The translations under genes were made by a program, and so were the position numbers. Shown in pieces: positions 51,401-55,832 of a DNA stretch of 55,832 nt. The stretch is taken from NCBI GenBank assembly GCA_963836205.1, contig CAWIIV010000009.1:1-55832 (forward strand), given 5' to 3'. The notes beneath the pieces are model-generated. The model saw nothing but the letters and a program-made list of their open reading frames with translations. It was not told the DNA's origin and did not search any database. The stretch is from an uncultured Acidimicrobiia bacterium (GTDB taxonomy: Bacteria > Actinomycetota > Acidimicrobiia > Acidimicrobiales > AC-14). Position 1 is the stretch's first letter; every line of letters starts with the position of its first letter.

Positions 51401-51974
51401 CGAGGCCGACCTCCACCAACGGGTCCAGGACGCCCTCGGCCGCACCGCGGGCAACCCCCTGCTGGTCGTGTCGCAGAAGACCGTCACCGGGCACTCCAAG
51501 GGGGGCGCCGCCGCCTGGCAGGTGGACGGGGCGGTGCAGATGATGGAGACGGGCATCGTCCCCGGCAACCGGACCCTCGAGAGCCTCGACCCCCTGCTGG
51601 CTCCGTTCCACCACCTCGTCCACGGCGACCGCCCCATCCGCCTGGCCCCCGGCGAGCAGATCCGGGCCTGCCTCGTGACCAGCCTCGGCTTCGGCCACGT
51701 GTCGGCCGTGGTCGCCCTGGCCCACCCCGACCTGTTCCTGGGCGCGGTGCCCGCAGCCCGCCGGGACGAGTACCTCGGCCTCGCCGCCGCCCGCCGGGCC
51801 CGGGGGGCGCAACGCCGGCTGGCCGCTCGCCTGGGCCGTCCCGGGCCGGTGCGGCGCACCGACCGCCGCTTCGGGCCCTCGGGGCCGGCGGAGCGGGAGG
51901 CGGAGGCGGCCATGCTGGTGGACCCGTCCGCCCGCCTGGGCCCCGACGGCTCCTACCGCACCACCCGCCCGTGA
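42479..51974 (+). CDS. fas: Type I fatty acid synthase, mycobacterial/corynebacterial type (AT-ER-DH-MPT-ACP-KR-KS), 1-nt frameshift near 45630
   Basis: AT GHSQG; ER GMTPTT, FKPG, GGHHSWED; DH GDHNPLH..VHGLW; MPT FPGQG, GHSAGEY, PFHS; ACP GASSRRNQ; KR ALVTGASPGSIA, PLSPN, YGETK; KS VAACATA, SKHDTST, GHSKGG. About 3,160 aa once ORFs 41435 and 45372 are joined. Confidence 0.93.
49017..49063 (+). repeat. ~47-bp palindromic interspersed element, copy D, in frame within fas
   Basis: TCTGTGGTCGGAAAAGGGGCGCCACGCGCCCCCAAACCAACTACGGA, similar to the copies at 28510 and 28765. Confidence 0.78.
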
Positions 51975-53518
51975 TCGTCGGCGTCGGCATCGACATCGTC
52001 GACGTGGACTCCTTCGCCCACCAGTTGGACGACGAGGCGTCGGCGTTCGTGGCGACCACGTTCACCCCCGCCGAGCGCCGGGTCCCCGGCGGGGGCGTCG
52101 ACCGCGACCGGCGGGCCCGCCACCTGGCCGCCCGCTTCGCGGCCAAGGAGGCCTTCGTCAAGGCGTGGTCGGGTGCCCGCCGCGGCCTCGCCCCGTCGGT
52201 GCCCGACGTCGACCTGCGGGAGATCGAAGTCGTACCAGACGGGTACGGGCGCCCCGGCCTGCGGCTCCGGGGCCGGGTGGCCGAGGCCGTCCGGGCGCTG
52301 GCCGGGGACGACGAGGTCCACCCGCACCTCTCGCTCACCCATGACGGGCCGGTCGCGGCCGCGGTGGTGGTCCTCGAAGTACTCCAGCCACGCTGACACC
52401 GGGTCGACCTCAGGCACCGGCTCGGGATCGTCGGGCTCGGGCTCGGGCTCGGGAAGCGTCGCCGGCATCGAGATCGGCCCCCACGCGGGCTCCGTCTCCG
52501 ACTCGAGGTCCGGCTCGAGGTCGGGTGTGAACCGGTCGGGCGCGGCGTCGGGCGCGAACTGGTGCTCGAACTCGGCGAAGTCGAAGTCGACCGCGATGTC
52601 GTCGGCGTCGTCGTCCGGTTCCCGCACCCAGTCGGGCTCCACCACGACCGCGGCTGCGGCCGGGACGAGCCGGGACCGCAGCCGGTTCCGCCACCCGAGC
52701 AGCACCAGTTGCACGATGGCGGCCACCGAGACCACGCCCAGCCACGGATGGGCGCTGCCCTCGACCTGGAACCCGGCCGGTTGGTCGAGCCCGGTGACGT
52801 CGCCCCGCACCGTGTAGGAGCCGAACGCCACCGGCCCGAAGTCCAGCGACACCACGAACACCCGCTCCTCGCCCGGTGCCAGCGAGCCGAGACGGGGGGC
52901 GTCGACCAGTCCCGACGGATGCTCGCCCCGCCCCACGGCGATGGTGAAGGCGGGGTCGGCGACGACCACGTTGCCCACGTTGCGGACGGTGAACGAGACC
53001 GTCCGGCGGGGCGGCGCCCCGAACCACGCCGTCCAGGGACCGCCGCCTGCGATCTCGGCCCCGACGATCTCCAGCCGCCGGTCGCGCCGGTCGGCCGGAT
53101 CGACGACCCGGGCCTCGGGGGACGTGCCGTCGAGGGTGATCGGCACCACGACCGACTGAGGACCGCCGGCGCTGGTCGCCCGCACCACGCAGGGGCAGGC
53201 CACCGGGGGCACGGCCAGGGTGAGCAGGGTGGCGAAGCTGCCGTCGGCCTCGACGGGCACCGTGACCGCCCGCCCCTGGTCGCAGTCGGGCGACCCCCGC
53301 CTGGCCTGGTTGCCACACACCTGCACCTGGGCCAGGCGGGCCGCCGGCCACCCCTCCCCCCGCACGACCACCGGCGCGCCGACGGTCGTCGCCGACGCCT
53401 CCACGGCGAGGGTGGGGGCCGGTTGGGCGGTCGCCGGGCCGACGCCGAACAGCCCGCCGACGGCGCAGAAGACCGCGGCCGCAAGGGTCGTTCGAACTCC
53501 CGGCGATCGTGCGTTCAG
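51953..53518 (-). CDS. Secreted/membrane protein with neocarzinostatin-like and Ig-like domains, TM helix and acidic tail
   Basis: Signal peptide read in frame from CTG 53518 (GGGAG RBS); VRGEGW..QVCGN..DCD, CPCVV; FTVRNVGNV; TM. The 3' end overlaps acpS antisense and is uncertain. Confidence 0.7.
   Translation of the reverse strand: MNARSPGVRTTLAAAVFCAVGGLFGVGPATAQPAPTLAVEASATTVGAPVVVRGEGWPAARLAQVQVCGNQARRGSPDCDQGRAVTVPVEADGSFATLLTLAVPPVACPCVVRATSAGGPQSVVVPITLDGTSPEARVVDPADRRDRRLEIVGAEIAGGGPWTAWFGAPPRRTVSFTVRNVGNVVVADPAFTIAVGRGEHPSGLVDAPRLGSLAPGEERVFVVSLDFGPVAFGSYTVRGDVTGLDQPAGFQVEGSAHPWLGVVSVAAIVQLVLLGWRNRLRSRLVPAAAAVVVEPDWVREPDDDADDIAVDFDFAEFEHQFAPDAAPDRFTPDLEPDLESETEPAWGPISMPATLPEPEPEPDDPEPVPEVDPVSAWLEYFEDHHRGRDRPVMGEREVRVDLVVPGQRPDGLGHPAPEPQAGAPVPVWYDFDLPQVDVGHRRGEAAAGTRPRLDEGLLGREAGGQVAGPPVAVDAPAGDPALGGGERGRHERRRLVVQLVGEGVHVDDVDADADDHGRVVR
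51971..52396 (+). CDS. acpS: Holo-ACP synthase (AcpS-type PPTase)
   Basis: VGVGIDIVD, FTPAE, LAARFAAKEAFVKAWS, HLSLTHDG; GTGA-coupled to fas. Confidence 0.95.
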   Translation: MIVGVGIDIVDVDSFAHQLDDEASAFVATTFTPAERRVPGGGVDRDRRARHLAARFAAKEAFVKAWSGARRGLAPSVPDVDLREIEVVPDGYGRPGLRLRGRVAEAVRALAGDDEVHPHLSLTHDGPVAAAVVVLEVLQPR

Positions 53519-53582
53519 CGCCGCTCCCAGGGACTATTCCGATAGATGAACACCGAATCCTCGGCTTGGCTAATGACTTTTC

Positions 53583-53601
53583 TTAGGTTAGCCTTACTCC
53601 A
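53583..53601. promoter_or_regulatory. IdeR/DtxR iron box
   Basis: TTAGGTTAGCCTTACTCCA in the AT-rich divergent intergenic region. Confidence 0.85.
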
Positions 53602-53630
53602 CGGTGTTCGAGCGTCGAGGGGGAGGGAAC

Positions 53631-55667
53631 GTGCGTACCGGCTCCACTGCGCGCCCGGGCGCGATCCGGTTCGTCGCCGCCTCCGCCGCCGGCGCCTTGG
53701 TAGGCGTCCTCGTGCTCGGCAGCGTCCCCGCCCGCGCCGGCCAGGCGTCGGTGCTCAACGCCTGTTGGAGCAGCTTCGAGGCCCGTTACCGCGACCTCAC
53801 CCTCGTCTTCGCCGGCGACGCCACGGCCGGCGACGGGACCGACGTGAACCTCGGCGGCGTGACCGCGTCGGTGACACTGCCCGACTTCCTCCCCCTCGGG
53901 GCGTACAACACGGGCGCCCTCACCGTCGGGGAGAACTCGATCCCCGCCATCGTCTCCTTCGCCATCCAGGGCGACGGCACCACCGAAGGCATCCAGGTGG
54001 TCGACACCAGCGTCACCGCGGTCACCACCATCACCGATCCCGACGGCAGTCCCGGCACGGGCGACGAGACGGCCACGCCCATCACCGCCACCGCCTCCTT
54101 CCCCGACACCACGTGGACCCGGCCCGGCACCGACACGGTCACGTTCCGCCAGGCGGGCCCCAACACCCTGCCCCAGGTCAACCGGCCCGACGGCACCAAG
54201 CTCTACTCGCCCACCGGCAGCTTGTTCTTCTCGGCCGTCCTGCCCGGCCAGCTGCGGGTCAGCTTCGACTGCCGCCCGGGTACCACCAACCTCGGCGACA
54301 TCAAGGGCCCCCCCACCCCCGGCACCGCCGACCCCTTCGCCACCTTCGGCGGGGGTGGGGCAACGACCACGACCGTGGCCGGCGCGACCACCACCGTCGC
54401 CTCCCAGTCGACGACGACCGTCGCGTCAGGGTCGACCACGACCGTCGCCGGGGCGACGACGACGGTCGTCAGCGGCTCCACCACCGTCCCCACCTCGTCG
54501 GGCGTGGTCCAGGTGGCGGCCACGACCACCCTCCCCCGAACCTCGACGACGACCGCCGGCTCCAGCTCGGGGACGCAGAACCAGGGCCAGACCCTGCCCA
54601 ACACCGGCCTCGCCGTCGGCCTGGAGGCACTGGCCGGCATCGTGGTGGCCGACCTCGGGTACCTCATCTGGTCGAGCACCCACCGCGGCCGGCTGCCGGA
54701 CGCGGCAATCGTGATCCGGCGCCCGGCGCTGCCGGCGGCCTTGCTCGGGGCCGCGCTGGCCCTGTCCATCCTCGGGCTCGGGCCGGCCCACGCGGCCCCG
54801 TCCACCACCAAGAACGGCTGCAAGTACAGCTACGACGGCAAGTGGCGCGACCACGACCTGGCGCTGTCGGCCACCGCCTCGGGCACCGCCACCCCGGGCG
54901 GGACGATCACGTTGTCGTCGACCACCATGTCGGCCGAGCTCCCGGCCTACATCCCCGAGTACGGCTACAACCTCGGACTCCTCCAGGCCGGCGACAACCC
55001 CATCCCCACCAAGCTGTGGCTCGCCATCGCCGGCTCCAACACGGAGGAGGGCAGCCAGGTCGTCGAGGCGGAGGTGTCCGCCGTCGCCACCGCCACCGTC
55101 AACGGTGACACCGTGGTGGGATCGCCCATCAGTGTCGACGTCGCCCTGCCCGACACGACGTGGACCGCGACCGGCAACGACATCGTCGTGTTCACCCAGG
55201 CCGGTCCGGACAAGCTGCCCGACGGCCTGCCGGGGGCGGGCGTGTCGGGGACGTTCAACCCCGTCGGCAGCCTCTACGTGAGCTCGAGCCTCACCGCCGC
55301 CCTCCGCTTCAACCTCGACTGCCAGCCCGGACGCTTCGCCGACGAGGGCAACGCCATCACCACCGGGCCCGCCTCGCCCTTCGCCACCGTCACCGGCAGC
55401 TCGGGGGCGGGATCGACCACGACGGTGACGGCGGCCACCTCGGCCACCTCCACCACGGTGGCCACACAACGGCCGGTCACCGACCGGGCGGGGACGGCGA
55501 CCACGACCGGTGGAACCGGCTCGGGGACGGGCTCGGGCGCGGCCCCCCTTGCGACCACCGGCCCCAACCCCCTCGTCATCGTCCTCGAGCTGGCCGCCGG
55601 CGCCCTCCTGCTCGACCTCGGCTACCTCGCCTGGACCGCGAGCCGGCCCGCCCGCCGCCGGCACTGA
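53631..55667 (+). CDS. Two tandem paralogous surface proteins read as one ORF (unit 1 from 53631, unit 2 from GTG 54711)
   Basis: Each unit has a signal peptide, an N-[AG]-C...D-C-x-P-G domain, a Thr-rich stalk, LPNTG/LATTG, a TM helix with DLGYL and a basic tail. Confidence 0.8.
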   Translation: MRTGSTARPGAIRFVAASAAGALVGVLVLGSVPARAGQASVLNACWSSFEARYRDLTLVFAGDATAGDGTDVNLGGVTASVTLPDFLPLGAYNTGALTVGENSIPAIVSFAIQGDGTTEGIQVVDTSVTAVTTITDPDGSPGTGDETATPITATASFPDTTWTRPGTDTVTFRQAGPNTLPQVNRPDGTKLYSPTGSLFFSAVLPGQLRVSFDCRPGTTNLGDIKGPPTPGTADPFATFGGGGATTTTVAGATTTVASQSTTTVASGSTTTVAGATTTVVSGSTTVPTSSGVVQVAATTTLPRTSTTTAGSSSGTQNQGQTLPNTGLAVGLEALAGIVVADLGYLIWSSTHRGRLPDAAIVIRRPALPAALLGAALALSILGLGPAHAAPSTTKNGCKYSYDGKWRDHDLALSATASGTATPGGTITLSSTTMSAELPAYIPEYGYNLGLLQAGDNPIPTKLWLAIAGSNTEEGSQVVEAEVSAVATATVNGDTVVGSPISVDVALPDTTWTATGNDIVVFTQAGPDKLPDGLPGAGVSGTFNPVGSLYVSSSLTAALRFNLDCQPGRFADEGNAITTGPASPFATVTGSSGAGSTTTVTAATSATSTTVATQRPVTDRAGTATTTGGTGSGTGSGAAPLATTGPNPLVIVLELAAGALLLDLGYLAWTASRPARRRH

Positions 55668-55690
55668 CCCCCTTGGGAGGACCCTCCGCC

Positions 55691-55832
55691 ATGCCGTCAC
55701 CCGTCCGCGCCCGCGTCCTCGCCGTCGCCCTGCTGGCCCTGCCCGTGGCCGCCGCGGGCTCGGCCACCCCGGCCGTGGCGGCCGAGGTCAAGACCACCAA
55801 CGCCTGCTACAGCAGCTTCGAGACCCGCAACC
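55691..55832 (+). CDS. Third paralogous secreted protein (truncated by window end)
   Basis: GGGAGG RBS; MPSPVRARVLAVALLALPVAAAGSATPAVAAEVKTTNACYSSFETR matches unit 1 NACWSSFEAR. Confidence 0.75.
   Translation, partial: MPSPVRARVLAVALLALPVAAAGSATPAVAAEVKTTNACYSSFETRN

Noticed and set aside
45498-51812. 2104-aa minus-strand ORF and similar long antisense ORFs (2536-5325, 34016-37462, 42038-44965)
   Set aside because: Shadow ORFs of well-supported genes, expected in very high-GC DNA; no motifs.
42479-51974. Modular PKS or PUFA synthase
   Set aside because: The domain order AT-ER-DH-MPT-ACP-KR-KS and the motifs are diagnostic of CMN/fungal-type FAS-I.
47414-52396. 1660-aa ORF ending in AcpS, suggesting a fungal-like FAS-PPT fusion
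   Set aside because: Only the last 141 aa are real. acpS has its own GTG at 51971 in a different frame from fas.
54360-54560. ACGACCACC-type tandem repeats
   Set aside because: They encode the Thr-rich stalk of the surface protein and are not a separate element.

Overview
High-GC actinobacterial chromosome segment, probably Acidimicrobiia (inferred from gene content). (1) 1-12.7 kb: tRNA-Leu(CAG) and the conserved fhaA-fhaB-pstP-rodA-pbpA-pknB / trpG / crgA cluster, then a thiolase, a channel-like protein and an NCS2 permease. (2) 12.7-25.5 kb: accessory genes, including a methyltransferase-DUF2064-epimerase-GT-C-GT2 glycosylation module, a two-repeat lipoprotein and a CASTOR/POLLUX-like channel. 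(3) 25.9-55.8 kb: an iron island with three IdeR/DtxR-like boxes. It holds bacterioferritin and a rhizobactin-1021-like NRPS-independent siderophore operon with two acyltransferases, an exporter and a FhuF-like reductase. A divergent Fe-siderophore ABC importer is translationally coupled to a ~3,160-aa mycobacterial-type FAS-I and AcpS. A family of paralogous LPXTG-like surface proteins follows. The best candidate novel system is an iron-regulated FAS-I apparently dedicated to a lipo-siderophore locus. A ~46-bp palindromic element also sits in frame inside two unrelated genes. Several single-base frameshifts look like consensus errors. No CRISPR array, rRNA or transposase was seen.
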